From contig JAPLKZ010000006.1 in assembly GCA_026387835.1 (NCBI GenBank), positions 1 to 32,000 on the forward strand: DNA of 32,000 nucleotides, in the 5' to 3' direction. Source of the DNA: Candidatus Saganbacteria bacterium. GTDB taxonomy: Bacteria; Margulisbacteria; WOR-1; JAKLHX01. Positions 20,561 through 30,276 of this stretch are shown here, piece by piece (the stretch's first letter is position 1; each line of letters starts with the position of its first letter). The position numbers and the translations under genes are program-made. A model generated the notes under the pieces. It was not told the origin of the DNA, did not search any database, and was given only the letters and a program-made list of their open reading frames with translations.

Positions 20561-22014
20561 TGTCCCTTGTCATCTACAACACTCTTTCGAGACGGAAAGA
20601 AGAGTTCATCCCGCTAAACCCGCCGAACGTTTTAATGTATGTATGCGGCATAACTCCTTACGATGAGACGCATCTCGGCCACGCGAGGGCTTATGTGGCG
20701 TTCGATGTCATACGCAGATACCTTGAGTACAGCGGGTACAAAGTCGATCATGTTCAGAACATCACGGACATCGATGACAAGATAATAAAAAAGGCGAACG
20801 AACAAAACAAATCGATCAAAGAAGTCTCAGAACACTATACCGCTTCATTTTTTGAAGTGATGGATGCTCTCAAAGTAAAACGCGCCGCCAGATATCCAAA
20901 AGCGACAGAATATATCGGCGAGATGATCGAACTGATCTCCGAACTGGTGGCAAAAGGCGTTGCATATAAAGCCGGCGGGGATGTCTTTTTTGATATCAAC
21001 AAAGCAAGAGACTACGGAAGACTTTCCGGCAGGGATATTGAAGGGATGAAAGCCGGCGCAAGGGTGGATATCAACTCCGACAAGAAGGGCCCGCTCGATT
21101 TCGTGCTTTGGAAGGCCGCCAAAGAAGGGGAGCCTTCATGGGACAGCCCTTTCGGGAAAGGAAGGCCGGGATGGCATACGGAATGCGTGGTGATGTCAAA
21201 AAAGCTTCTCGGACAGCCGTTTGACATCCACGGAGGCGGAGCCGACCTGATATTTCCGCACCATGAGAACGAGCTTGCCCAGGCTTCCTGCCTGTCCGAC
21301 AGACCCTTCGTCAAATACTGGCTGCATAACGGGTTCATCACGATAAACAAAGAAAAGATGTCAAAATCGCTCGGCAATTTTTTTACTGTTTCGGAAGTAT
21401 TAAAGAAGTACGACCCTATGGTCATCAGATATTTTCTTTTAAGGACCCATTACAGAGGTCCGATAAACTTCAGCTACGACGATCTTGATGAGGCAAAAGC
21501 GGCTCTGAACGGCATAAAGAATGCCTATCAGGATACAATATTCATGCTAAAGAACACCAAAAACGACAGATCGGAAGAAAAATTCGACTTAAAATACTTC
21601 AAAGAAAAATTCATCGAAGCGATGGATGATGATTGTAACACTTCGGCCGCCCTTGCGGTCATATTCGAGATGATAAAGTTCTTCCACGAGCATAAATTTA
21701 AGCTGGCGGGAGAAGACATCACCAATGTCAAATATCTCCTGGAGGAATTCAACTCTGTCCTGCAGCTGGGCCTGAAAGAAAACAAGATAGAGATAAAAGA
21801 AGACATAAGCGCGCTTGTCGAACGTAGGGTCGAGGCAAGAAAAAAGAACGACTTTGTCCTTGCCGACAAGCTCAGAGTGGAAATCGAGGGAAAAGGTTAT
21901 ATAATAGAAGACACGCCGTTCGGGAGTTTTGTAAAGAAAAAAGAGGCGGCAAAACCGGAGGAAAAGGAAATTAAACAGAAAGCCGATCCGTTCGGGTTCG
22001 GGAAAAAGAAATAG
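20560..22014 (+). CDS. cysS: Cysteinyl-tRNA synthetase
   Basis: MYVCGITPYDETHLGHARAYVAFDVIRRY, GWHTECVVMSKKLLG, DIHGGGADLIFPHHENELAQ, KMSKSLGNF. Confidence 0.98.
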   Translation: MSLVIYNTLSRRKEEFIPLNPPNVLMYVCGITPYDETHLGHARAYVAFDVIRRYLEYSGYKVDHVQNITDIDDKIIKKANEQNKSIKEVSEHYTASFFEVMDALKVKRAARYPKATEYIGEMIELISELVAKGVAYKAGGDVFFDINKARDYGRLSGRDIEGMKAGARVDINSDKKGPLDFVLWKAAKEGEPSWDSPFGKGRPGWHTECVVMSKKLLGQPFDIHGGGADLIFPHHENELAQASCLSDRPFVKYWLHNGFITINKEKMSKSLGNFFTVSEVLKKYDPMVIRYFLLRTHYRGPINFSYDDLDEAKAALNGIKNAYQDTIFMLKNTKNDRSEEKFDLKYFKEKFIEAMDDDCNTSAALAVIFEMIKFFHEHKFKLAGEDITNVKYLLEEFNSVLQLGLKENKIEIKEDISALVERRVEARKKNDFVLADKLRVEIEGKGYIIEDTPFGSFVKKKEAAKPEEKEIKQKADPFGFGKKK

Positions 22015-22114
22015 AAATCCTCACCCCGTCTCGCTCCGCGAGCCACCCCTCTCCACGAAGTGGAGAGGGGAAAGCCGACCCCGCAAAAAGCGGGGGAGGC
22101 AGGGGTGAGGATTT
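22015..22114. repeat. Cloverleaf-like structured inverted repeat between cysS and serS
   Basis: Terminal 13-nt perfect inverted repeat AAATCCTCACCCC (22015-22027) / GGGGTGAGGATTT (22102-22114) encloses three perfect hairpins: CTCGC-TCC-GCGAG, CCCCTCTCCAC-GAA-GTGGAGAGGGG, CCCCGC-AAAAA-GCGGGG. Confidence 0.9.
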
Positions 22115-22132
22115 AGAAGGACAGAAAGATAT

Positions 22133-23407
22133 ATGCTGGATCCAAAATTAATGAGAAATGAGCCGGAAGCCATAAAAAAAGCCCTGAAAAACAGGGGGAA
22201 TGATCCCGCTTTGGTGGATTCATTCCTTTCCGCGGATGAGGAATGGCGCAGGAAAGTGTTCGAATCGGAACAGATGAAGAATAAGCAGAACGAGATATCT
22301 TCTCAGGTGGCGGGCATGAAAAAGAGGGGAGAGGACGTCTCAAAACTCTTCGAGGAGATGAAAGCTCTTTCGCAACGTCAAAAGGTCCTTACCGAAGAAG
22401 CAGGCATCCTTGAAAAAAAGGCAAAAGACATACTGCTGGTCATCCCGAATATCCCGAGCGAAACGACACCGGCCGGAAAAGGCGAAAAAGAGAACAAAGA
22501 GATCAGGAAATGGGGGGAGAAAAAAAATCTTTCTTTTGAAGTGAAACCTCATGACGAGATAGGGGACCGCCTCGGGATATTTAATTTTAAGCAGGCCGCG
22601 AAAATATCAGGGTCCAGGTTCGTCGTCTATCACGGGCTGGGCGCGAAGCTTGAAATGGCGCTCATAAACTTCATGCTCGACGTCCAGACAAAAGAGAACG
22701 GCTACAAGCAGGTGATGACGCCGTTCATGGTCAATTCCGAAAGCATGCTCGGCACGGGCCAGCTCCCGAAGTTCGGGGAAGAGCTGTACAAGACAAGTGA
22801 CGATCTGTATATGATCCCAACAGCGGAAGTGCCGGTCACCAACATCCACAGGGACGATGTTTTTTCCGCAGAGGCCCTGCCGCTGAAATACGTCTCTTAT
22901 TCCCCGTGTTTCAGGAGGGAAGCCGGCTCTTACGGAAAAGATGTGAAGGGAATAATCAGGCAGCACCAGTTCAATAAGGTCGAACTTGTGAAGTTCTGCA
23001 GGCCGGAAGATTCTTATAATGAACTGGAATCGCTGACGGCCGACGCGGAAAAGGTCCTGCAGCTTCTCGAGCTTCCCTACAGGGTCATCGTGTTGTCCAC
23101 CGGGGATCTCGGGTTCTCGGCCGCTAAGACATATGATATTGAAGTATGGTTCCCGTCGGAGAACAGATACAGGGAGATCTCATCCTGTTCTAATTTTACG
23201 GATTTTCAGGCGAGAAGGGCGAACATCAAGTTCAAAACAAATCCAAAATCCAAGCTGCAGTTCGTGCACACTTTGAACGGTTCCGGCCTGGCGGTCGGAC
23301 GTACCATGGCGGCAATACTGGAGAACTTCCAGCAGGAAGACGGTTCCGTACTTATACCTGAAATTCTCCATCCTTACATGCAAGTTTCCTCCATCCAAAA
23401 ACGATAG
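22133..23407 (+). CDS. serS: Seryl-tRNA synthetase
   Basis: [92 protein letters not shown]. Confidence 0.98.
   Translation: MLDPKLMRNEPEAIKKALKNRGNDPALVDSFLSADEEWRRKVFESEQMKNKQNEISSQVAGMKKRGEDVSKLFEEMKALSQRQKVLTEEAGILEKKAKDILLVIPNIPSETTPAGKGEKENKEIRKWGEKKNLSFEVKPHDEIGDRLGIFNFKQAAKISGSRFVVYHGLGAKLEMALINFMLDVQTKENGYKQVMTPFMVNSESMLGTGQLPKFGEELYKTSDDLYMIPTAEVPVTNIHRDDVFSAEALPLKYVSYSPCFRREAGSYGKDVKGIIRQHQFNKVELVKFCRPEDSYNELESLTADAEKVLQLLELPYRVIVLSTGDLGFSAAKTYDIEVWFPSENRYREISSCSNFTDFQARRANIKFKTNPKSKLQFVHTLNGSGLAVGRTMAAILENFQQEDGSVLIPEILHPYMQVSSIQKR
23380..23407 (+). promoter_or_regulatory. Possible sigma-28-like promoter for the 57-aa ORF
   Basis: GCAAG-TTTCCTCCATCCAAA-AACGATAG. Same -10 as the gene B promoter and same spacing of TTTC to -10 as genes A and B. 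Overlaps the serS stop, so partly constrained by coding. Confidence 0.3.
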
Positions 23408-23460
23408 AAATATAGAGTCGCGTTTATTCAATAATAAAGCCTGTTGGGGAAGAGAAATAA

Positions 23461-23634
23461 ATGGCAATAGATCCAGTAAATTTTAGAATAAAAAATAATC
23501 AAGAATATGCAGATAGCCCTGTGTTCAAGGATCTGAAAAACCAATTTGAACAGGTAATAAACAACTTAAAGGCACATCACGAGTGGGACGGAGTGATGGT
23601 TCCCAAAAATAAAGATACCAATAAAACGATATAA
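23461..23634 (+). CDS. Small protein of unknown function (57 aa: MAIDPVNFRIKNNQEYADSPVFKDLKNQFEQVINNLKAHHEWDGVMVPKNKDTNKTI)
   Basis: ATG with purine-rich GGGGAAGAG upstream, intact ORF filling the serS-sigma factor gap. Not in the supplied ORF track (below its length cutoff). Confidence 0.6.
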   Translation: MAIDPVNFRIKNNQEYADSPVFKDLKNQFEQVINNLKAHHEWDGVMVPKNKDTNKTI

Positions 23635-23671
23635 GTAACAACCCCCAGACAGCAACAAACAAGATCGCGGT

Positions 23672-24247
23672 CTATTTATTAAGGAGCTTCTTTAATTTAT
23701 GCGTAGCTGTCTTGCAGATCCTGCTGACCTGGGATTCAGAAAGGTCTATTTCTTTTCCAATCTCTTTAAAGGTCTTATCGTCCTGATAGTACCCTACGAT
23801 CACGGCCCTTTCATTATCCGACAGGTCCTTTAAGGCGCTGTCGATCTGCGTGGCGATCTCGGTAGATTCACTGTGAGCAAGCTCCTTGTTGAAGGCGAGA
23901 TAGACATTTGCCGCCTGGGTCACCCATTCGTAGATGCCGGTAACGGGGTCAGTGCCTCTTTTCCTCAGGTAATCCTGCATGGACCCTTTGAGGCGTATGC
24001 TCACATAAGGCCAAAGATCCCCTTTGCGCGGGTCCCAGGTCTTTAACGCGTCAACAAAAGCCATCTTAGCTTCCGAAATAAGGTCATCAGCTTCGTTCCT
24101 GGCTACATTATGAGGAAGGTTGCTGATATACCATTTTACGGTGGAATCTATCTGGCTCTTGTACTTTTCTACTACCTCGTCAGAATATTTCAAAAAATGC
24201 TGGCGTAGCAGCTGAACTATCCTGTCTTCGGAATCCTTGTCAGACAT
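23672..24247 (-). CDS. fliA: Sigma-70 family RNA polymerase factor, likely sigma-28/FliA-type
   Basis: Region 2 (DDLISEAKMAFVDALKTWDPRKGDLWPYVSIRLKGSMQDYLRK) and region 4 (LKDLSDNERAVIVGYYQDDKTFKEIGKEIDLSESQVSRICKTATHKLKKLL). Located at the end of the flagellar cluster. Confidence 0.75.
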   Translation of the reverse strand: MSDKDSEDRIVQLLRQHFLKYSDEVVEKYKSQIDSTVKWYISNLPHNVARNEADDLISEAKMAFVDALKTWDPRKGDLWPYVSIRLKGSMQDYLRKRGTDPVTGIYEWVTQAANVYLAFNKELAHSESTEIATQIDSALKDLSDNERAVIVGYYQDDKTFKEIGKEIDLSESQVSRICKTATHKLKKLLNK

Positions 24248-24452
24248 GGTCTCTGTACCCCTTTATGACAGCCTCGATGAATTCTTTTGTGCGGTCCTTT
24301 GCAAGGTGCCTGCTGAACTTCTGCGCCATATCCTTAATGAACCGTTCAAATCTCCTGAGAGCGGGAGGTATGTTCTGTATGGCGGACGACATCAATGTCC
24401 CGGAGGTCTTTACTTTTGGAACAGAAGAAGAAACCTTTCCTGATTCAACCAT
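24240..24452 (-). CDS. Small hypothetical protein in the flagellar cluster (70 aa)
   Basis: ATG at 24452, overlaps the sigma factor start. Compact co-directional arrangement. Confidence 0.6.
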   Translation of the reverse strand: MVESGKVSSSVPKVKTSGTLMSSAIQNIPPALRRFERFIKDMAQKFSRHLAKDRTKEFIEAVIKGYRDHV

Positions 24453-24455
24453 ATT

Positions 24456-24848
24456 TTAGTTTTTCTTTCCGGTCCCGGTCTTTTTGTCCAGAACAGTACC
24501 GACCACTGACAAAGCCTGCCGCCGCAGGTCGGGATTGGTCATGACAGAATCCGCTAATTTATTTACCATTTTATCAAAACCCTTGTTCAATGTAAAGGAT
24601 GGGCCGAATTCGATCTCCAGGGCCGACCTTATCATCAGATAAATAAGTTCTTTGGCAGGGAGGTTTGGCGAAAGAAGTCCCGACAATCTCTCATGGTACC
24701 TGCCTATGTTGTCCGTTCTGAAGATAAAACTGCTTGAAGGCGGCTCCTTTTTCATGTCTTTTTGTATCGCGGAAGACAATACTGCACTTTTGACGAACTC
24801 TATCCTGTCTTTCTTCCCGTCGATATTATTATTTAACAGACTTGCCAT
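24456..24848 (-). CDS. Hypothetical protein in the flagellar cluster (about 130 aa)
   Basis: Intact ORF. ATG at 24848 (MASLLNNNIDGKK...) is preferred over the TTG at 24866, which would overlap flhA. Confidence 0.65.
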   Translation of the reverse strand: MASLLNNNIDGKKDRIEFVKSAVLSSAIQKDMKKEPPSSSFIFRTDNIGRYHERLSGLLSPNLPAKELIYLMIRSALEIEFGPSFTLNKGFDKMVNKLADSVMTNPDLRRQALSVVGTVLDKKTGTGKKN

Positions 24849-24858
24849 ATTTTTCCGT

Positions 24859-26940
24859 TCAATCAAGAGATATCATGCCGACGGACTGCACTTTTACCTG
24901 GGGCACGATCTCATTATACGACAGCACTGCCGCGTCGGGAAAACTTCTTTCGATGAATCTCTTTAGATGCGGCCGGAGCCTCGGAGAACAAAGTATTATC
25001 GAAGACAGGTTCATCTTCCTGAAAGCCTGTATCTGGCTGGATATCTGGCCGAGTATCCTTTCACCGATATTAGGGTCAAGGGCAAGGAACGAGCCGTACT
25101 CGCTCTGGTGGACAGCGCCGATCATGGTCTCTTCCAGATTAGGGTCTATCGTGACGACGGTTATGACCCCTTCTTTGCTGGTGTAGCTTTCACATATCTG
25201 CCTTGCGAGGGATTGCCGGACATATTCGGCTAGGATGTTGATGTCGCGGCTCAGGTGCGCGTAATCCGCCAGCCTTTCAAGTATCGTAGAAAGGTCCCTG
25301 ATCGAGACCCTCTCTCTTACAAGCAGCTGCAGGACCTTGTGCACCTGGCCGAGCGAAAGCATGTCGGGGATCAATTCCCTGACTATCGCCGCATTGGTGT
25401 TCTTGACAAGCTCGATCAGCGATTGCACGTTCTGCCTGGTGATTATCTCGTCCGCGTACCGTTTTACCGTCTCTGAGAAATGGTTGGCCACTACATCGAC
25501 AGTGTCTATGCCGGTAATGCCCGCTGCTTTCAGTTTCTGTTCCTCCTCTTTAGGGACCCAGGTCATAATTTCACCGGTCAGGGGGTCTTTGCCTTCCACC
25601 CCGGTGATCTTTGCGGATTTGATCTCATCCAAGGTCCGGTCGACTTTATAATTGTTCATAAGGACCTCCGCTGTCGCGACCTTGGTCCCTCTTATCTCGA
25701 TCACGTACTGGTTAGGCGGCAGGCTCAGATCGTCCATCACCCTGACGCCGGGTATCACAAATCCAAGTTCCTGCCCGATGTGATAGCGGATGAGCGTTAT
25801 CTTTTCCAGCAGCGGCCCTTTTTGCGCCGGATCGATCAGGGGGATAAGGTTCCTGCCGGTCTTCAGGCTCAGAGGGTCAAGACCCAGCGTGGATATTATG
25901 CTTTCCGGTTTTTTAAGCATGTCTTTTTGGGCGCCTTCTTCCTGCACAACGGACACTTCTTCCTTTTTCATCTGCGCCTGTATAAGGAATATCGCAGCGA
26001 TCCCTGACATTATGGCAAGGGACAGGAACGGGATCGTCGGAAGGCCCGGGATGAAAGCAAATAACATCAGGATCATCGACACAAAAGCGAACGCCCTCGG
26101 CTGAGCGAATATCTGGTTTGCTATATCGGTCCCTATGCTCACGTCCGTGGCGGCTTTTGTTATGACCATGCCGGTCGCTATCGATATCAGCAGCGCGGGT
26201 ATCTGTGTCACAAGACCGCAGCCTACCGTTAAAAGGGCGAATGTTGAGACAGCTTGCATAACACCCATCCCTTGCTGGAGCCATCCGACAAGGATCCCTC
26301 CGATGATGTTAACGAGCGTGATAATAATGGCAGCGATCGAATCTCCTCTCACGAACTTGTTCGAGCCGTCCATGGCGCCGAAGAAAGTGGCTTCCCTTTC
26401 GATCTTTTTTCTTCTCGCTTTTGCTTCATTAGCGTCTATCAACCCCGCGTTCAGGTCGGCGTCTATCGACATCTGTTTTCCCGGCATCGCGTCAAGAGTG
26501 AACCTCGCGGCCACCTCTGCCACGCGCTCGGAACCTTTGGTTATGACGATGAACTGCACGATCATGATGATTATAAAAACTATTGCGCCGACGATATAAT
26601 TACCGGAGACCACAAAATTGCCGAAAGAAGCGATCACTTCTCCCGCGTAGGCGTTCAAAAGTATCAATCTCGACGCCGAGATATTGATCGAAAGCCTGAA
26701 CAGGGTGACTATCAGGAGTATGGAAGGGAACGCGGCGAATTCAAGAGGCTCTTTGAGGTACATAGCAACCAGGAGTATTATCAAAGAGATCGCGACGTTC
26801 AGCGTCACAAGGATATCAAGGATAAAAGCCGGAAGCGGCAGTATCATCAAACCGATGATGACGACCACAACTCCTGCCACGGCAAAGTCGTTGACAGAGA
26901 ACAGAGCTTTTAACGAGTTCAAATTTATCGATGACGCCAA
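24859..26940 (-). CDS. flhA: Flagellar biosynthesis protein FlhA
   Basis: 8-TM N-terminus with ETERFRLSINISASRLILL-like segment (TLFRLSINISASRLILL), RFTLDAMPGKQMSIDADLNAGLID, C-terminal cytoplasmic domain. Start refined to TTG at 26940 (MASSINLNSL...) with AAGGAG 8 nt upstream. Track start is 26967. Confidence 0.95.
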   Translation of the reverse strand: MASSINLNSLKALFSVNDFAVAGVVVVIIGLMILPLPAFILDILVTLNVAISLIILLVAMYLKEPLEFAAFPSILLIVTLFRLSINISASRLILLNAYAGEVIASFGNFVVSGNYIVGAIVFIIIMIVQFIVITKGSERVAEVAARFTLDAMPGKQMSIDADLNAGLIDANEAKARRKKIEREATFFGAMDGSNKFVRGDSIAAIIITLVNIIGGILVGWLQQGMGVMQAVSTFALLTVGCGLVTQIPALLISIATGMVITKAATDVSIGTDIANQIFAQPRAFAFVSMILMLFAFIPGLPTIPFLSLAIMSGIAAIFLIQAQMKKEEVSVVQEEGAQKDMLKKPESIISTLGLDPLSLKTGRNLIPLIDPAQKGPLLEKITLIRYHIGQELGFVIPGVRVMDDLSLPPNQYVIEIRGTKVATAEVLMNNYKVDRTLDEIKSAKITGVEGKDPLTGEIMTWVPKEEEQKLKAAGITGIDTVDVVANHFSETVKRYADEIITRQNVQSLIELVKNTNAAIVRELIPDMLSLGQVHKVLQLLVRERVSIRDLSTILERLADYAHLSRDINILAEYVRQSLARQICESYTSKEGVITVVTIDPNLEETMIGAVHQSEYGSFLALDPNIGERILGQISSQIQAFRKMNLSSIILCSPRLRPHLKRFIERSFPDAAVLSYNEIVPQVKVQSVGMISLD

Positions 26941-26944
26941 ATCC

Positions 26945-28087
26945 CTATCTCCTTGACGGCGCGGCAACTGTCTTTTGCGCCCTTATCCCCTTAAGAGGCC
27001 CGAGCCATTCTTTTTTCCGATTTAAGCGGTTCTTCTTAATCTTATACACGAACGCGAGTATCTCTGCAACTGCCTGATAAATTTCCGATGAAATTTCCTG
27101 TCCGACCTTTGTCGAGTTGAATATGGACCTCGCAAGCGGTTCGTTCTCGATCACCGGGATATTATTTGATTCCGCTATTTTTTTTATCTCTTCCGCTATC
27201 ATATGCCGGCCTTTTGCCACCAGGGAAGGGGCCTTCATCCTTGACGCGTCATAAAGAATAGCGACAGCCAGGTGCGTCGGGTTGGTGACGACGACATCAG
27301 CTCCCGGGACAGCAGCCATCATCCGCTGGTTTGACATCGCCCTCTGGAGGTCTCTCATCCTCTGTTTGACCTGCGGGTCGCCTTCGAGCCTTTTGTATTC
27401 CTCTTTTATCTCCTGTTTTGTCATCTTCAGGTTCTTCATGTATTCCCATCGCCTGTAAAAATAATCGAGGATGGCCACAGCAAGATAAAATATCCCGACG
27501 CGTATCGCGATCTTGTAAGCGATCGATCCGCCTATCACAAGCGATTGCCACGGATCAGCGCTCATTACGCCTATCACGCTGGGGAGATCGTCCTTTACAG
27601 CATACCAGGTGATATAGAACACTATGAGGATCTTTATTATCGATTTGACAAGTTCGACAAAGCCGGTCATAGAGAACATCCTTTTAAACCCTTCCAAAGG
27701 ATTGATCCTTTCGAGTTTTGGCGATAGAGGATCGACAGCGGCGACAAACCCCGTCTGCAGAGCTTCGGCAAGGAGCGCCACTATAACAGTGACGATGAAA
27801 ATCGGCGTTACGGAGATAGCAAAAGCTCTCAGGGCTATCAAAAGTACGCTGCCGACAAAATCGAGGCTGAAATCAGAAATATTTGGGATGAGCTGGAAGA
27901 CCGACTGCGTCATACCTGCCAGCTCCCTCCATATCATGTCCCCCGTGTACCTGAAAATGACATATGAGGTCAGTAGCAGAAAAGCAGTCGTAATTTCCTT
28001 GCTTTTCGCGACCTGGCCTTTTTCGCGAGCTTCTCTTAGACGGTGCGGCGTCGGTTCCTCGGATTTATCTCCGCCCTGTTCTCCCAT
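26945..28087 (-). CDS. flhB: Flagellar biosynthesis protein FlhB
   Basis: EKSEEPTPHRLREAREKGQVAKSKE, conserved autocleavage motif NPTH (VVTNPTHLAVAILYD). Confidence 0.97.
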   Translation of the reverse strand: MGEQGGDKSEEPTPHRLREAREKGQVAKSKEITTAFLLLTSYVIFRYTGDMIWRELAGMTQSVFQLIPNISDFSLDFVGSVLLIALRAFAISVTPIFIVTVIVALLAEALQTGFVAAVDPLSPKLERINPLEGFKRMFSMTGFVELVKSIIKILIVFYITWYAVKDDLPSVIGVMSADPWQSLVIGGSIAYKIAIRVGIFYLAVAILDYFYRRWEYMKNLKMTKQEIKEEYKRLEGDPQVKQRMRDLQRAMSNQRMMAAVPGADVVVTNPTHLAVAILYDASRMKAPSLVAKGRHMIAEEIKKIAESNNIPVIENEPLARSIFNSTKVGQEISSEIYQAVAEILAFVYKIKKNRLNRKKEWLGPLKGIRAQKTVAAPSRR

Positions 28088-28105
28088 TTTTTAAAGCCCC
28101 CGATC

Positions 28106-28879
28106 TTATAATTTCATTATACTAAAACTTCTGATGATTTCCTGCGTCATCTGCGTTATTATCGACGAGATATTGGTTATCATGAGAGGAAGGCTGAACA
28201 GGATCGCCAAAAGGCCGAGTGTCGGCTTGACCTGAAACCCCAGCATGAAAACGTTCACCTGCGGGGCCACCCTCGAGACTATCCCGAACGAAAAATCCGA
28301 AATGAATATCAAAAGCAGGGCGGGACTAGCAAGCTGTACCGCGATAAGCAGCATGTTTGACCCCAAGTTTATCATCTGCAGCACCAGATCCTGCGATATT
28401 ATTATCGGGGCTCCGACGGGGATCGTCCTGAAGCTCTGATGTATGGCTGAAAGCAGCATGTGGTGCCCGTTCAGGATCAGGAAAACGGTCAATGCTATAT
28501 AGAACGTTAATTTACCGACTATTGATGTGACCGTGCCGGTGGTCGGGTCAAGTGCGGTCGCGATGCTCATTCCCATCTGAAGGTCGATTATATCGCCGGC
28601 AGATTGTATCGCGGCAAAGAGGATATGGCAGCTGAACCCGATTATTAGTCCGATAATAAGTTCTTTGATCAAAAACAGCGATATGCCGATCGGTCCGCTG
28701 GGGATCCCCGGTGAGACAGGGACTACGAACCAGAGCACGACGGCCATCCAAATAATAAGAGAGATCTTTCCCAGTATGGGGAATGTCCTGGTGCTGAATA
28801 CAGGAGCTATCAGGAATATCCCTGTGATGCGCGCGAATACGAACATGAACACTTCTATCTGGGGAAGAGTCAGTACCAT
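28106..28879 (-). CDS. fliR: Flagellar export protein FliR
   Basis: ARITGIFLIAPVFSTRTFP, KELIIGLIIGFSCHILFAAIQSAGDIIDLQMGMSIATALDP. Confidence 0.93.
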   Translation of the reverse strand: MVLTLPQIEVFMFVFARITGIFLIAPVFSTRTFPILGKISLIIWMAVVLWFVVPVSPGIPSGPIGISLFLIKELIIGLIIGFSCHILFAAIQSAGDIIDLQMGMSIATALDPTTGTVTSIVGKLTFYIALTVFLILNGHHMLLSAIHQSFRTIPVGAPIIISQDLVLQMINLGSNMLLIAVQLASPALLLIFISDFSFGIVSRVAPQVNVFMLGFQVKPTLGLLAILFSLPLMITNISSIITQMTQEIIRSFSIMKL

Positions 28880-28880
28880 A

Positions 28881-29150
28881 TCATCTCACCATATTCGGTA
28901 TATTGGCCCAGAGCGTCGTCATAAAATCGACCATAAGCGATGCCATCCACGGGGAAGTGAAAGCGATCACCATCATGACGGTCACCATCTTTGGCACAAA
29001 AGTGAGGGTCTGTTCCTGTATTTGGGTGACCGCCTGGAACAGGCTTATGATAAAACCGACCAAAAGACCTAATCCTACGGAAGGAAGCGACAGCAGGAGG
29101 ACAAGCATGACCCCGTTGTATATCACCTGGGTCACAAAATCCTGTGTCAT
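28881..29150 (-). CDS. fliQ: Flagellar export protein FliQ
   Basis: 89 aa with two TMs: LGLLVGFIISLFQAVTQIQEQTLTFVPKMV. Confidence 0.95.
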   Translation of the reverse strand: MTQDFVTQVIYNGVMLVLLLSLPSVGLGLLVGFIISLFQAVTQIQEQTLTFVPKMVTVMMVIAFTSPWMASLMVDFMTTLWANIPNMVR

Positions 29151-29152
29151 GT

Positions 29153-29893
29153 TCAGCTAAAGCTCATCATCAGGCCTCTGGTGATAAGGTTCCACCCGTC
29201 GGCCAGTACAAAAAGGAGTATCTTAAAAGGAAGAGAGACCATTACAGGGGACAGCATGAACATACCCAGCGACAGTAATATATTGGCGACCACAAGATCA
29301 ATAACGATGAACGGGACAAATATAAGAAACCCGATCTGGAAAGCGGTCTTAAGCTCGCTTATCATGAAAGCGGGGATGAGGACATAGGTAGGTACCTGCG
29401 AAAAACTTGTGGGCCTGGGGATACGCGAGAACTGTATGAAAAGACTGAGATCGTTCTCCCTGGTCTGCCTGAACATGAATTTTCTTAGAGGTTCCATCCC
29501 CACTTCGAAAGCCTTGACCTGGCTGATCTTTTTCTGGTTATAGGGGACTAAAGCTTTTGTGTTGATCTCCTGCCATACCGGCGTCATAACGAATACGGTC
29601 ATAAAAAGCGAAAGCCCGATGATGACCGAGTTCGGAGGCACCTGCTGTGTTCCGACTGCGACCCTGATAAGGCCGAGAACGATTATCATCCTCAGGAAAG
29701 AAGTCACCGATATAAGGAAAAAAGGGGCTAAAGTTATCAGCGAGAGAGTTATCAGAAGCTGAACTGAGTTACTGAACCTTTCAGGGGTCAGGAGGGTCGA
29801 AATATTAATGCCGCCGGGTGATATTGCCGGCGCCGAGAACGCGGGACCTGCCGTAATAAACAATGCGGCAAGGATACTTATATATTTTTTCAT
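29153..29893 (-). CDS. fliP: Flagellar export protein FliP
   Basis: Signal peptide, LAPFFLISVTSFLRMIIVLGLIRVAVGTQQVPPNSVIIGLSLFMT, VPTYVLIPAFMISELKTAFQIGFLIFVPFIVIDLVVANILLSLGM. Confidence 0.97.
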   Translation of the reverse strand: MKKYISILAALFITAGPAFSAPAISPGGINISTLLTPERFSNSVQLLITLSLITLAPFFLISVTSFLRMIIVLGLIRVAVGTQQVPPNSVIIGLSLFMTVFVMTPVWQEINTKALVPYNQKKISQVKAFEVGMEPLRKFMFRQTRENDLSLFIQFSRIPRPTSFSQVPTYVLIPAFMISELKTAFQIGFLIFVPFIVIDLVVANILLSLGMFMLSPVMVSLPFKILLFVLADGWNLITRGLMMSFS

Positions 29894-30276
29894 TTATCGA
29901 GCTGAAAATCCTCCTCCAGCTTGTCGATCTTTGCGACCGTTTTTCCGCTGACAACAATAAGCCATGCGGATTTGCCGGCTTTGATGATATACGAAGATAC
30001 CTGAGGTTCAATAGTCAGTCTGTCCACTATTTCTATGAACCTGCCTTTAGTCCCGCTCTGGAATTTAGGGAATACGTATTTTGCCGCGAGATATATGAAC
30101 CCGAAGACCACAAGCAGCGAAAATATCAATTGCACGATATATCCGAAAGAGATTATTGAGGAAGGACCGGCCGCGGCGGAACTTTCTGTAGTTGAAAAAT
30201 AAGCCGCATCAACAGCAAAAGCCCTGCAGGAAAGCAGCAGTTGGATCACTGACAAATGGCAGAGGTATTTTTTCAT
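29890..30276 (-). CDS. fliO: FliO-like flagellar biosynthesis protein
   Basis: Signal-like N-terminus, single TM, KGRFIEIVDRLTIEPQVSSYIIKAGKSAWLIVVSGKTVAKI. Position immediately upstream of fliP. Confidence 0.8.
   Translation of the reverse strand: MKKYLCHLSVIQLLLSCRAFAVDAAYFSTTESSAAAGPSSIISFGYIVQLIFSLLVVFGFIYLAAKYVFPKFQSGTKGRFIEIVDRLTIEPQVSSYIIKAGKSAWLIVVSGKTVAKIDKLEEDFQLDK

Noticed and set aside
23240-23265. CAAAACAAATCCAAAATCCAA tract in serS, similar in style to the purL insertions
   Set aside because: The encoded segment ([25 protein letters not shown]) has about the normal SerRS length at this site, so no insertion is needed. Probably chance similarity.
26254-26913. 219-aa plus-strand ORF opposite flhA
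   Set aside because: H/R/D-rich shadow ORF antisense to an unambiguous FlhA coding sequence.
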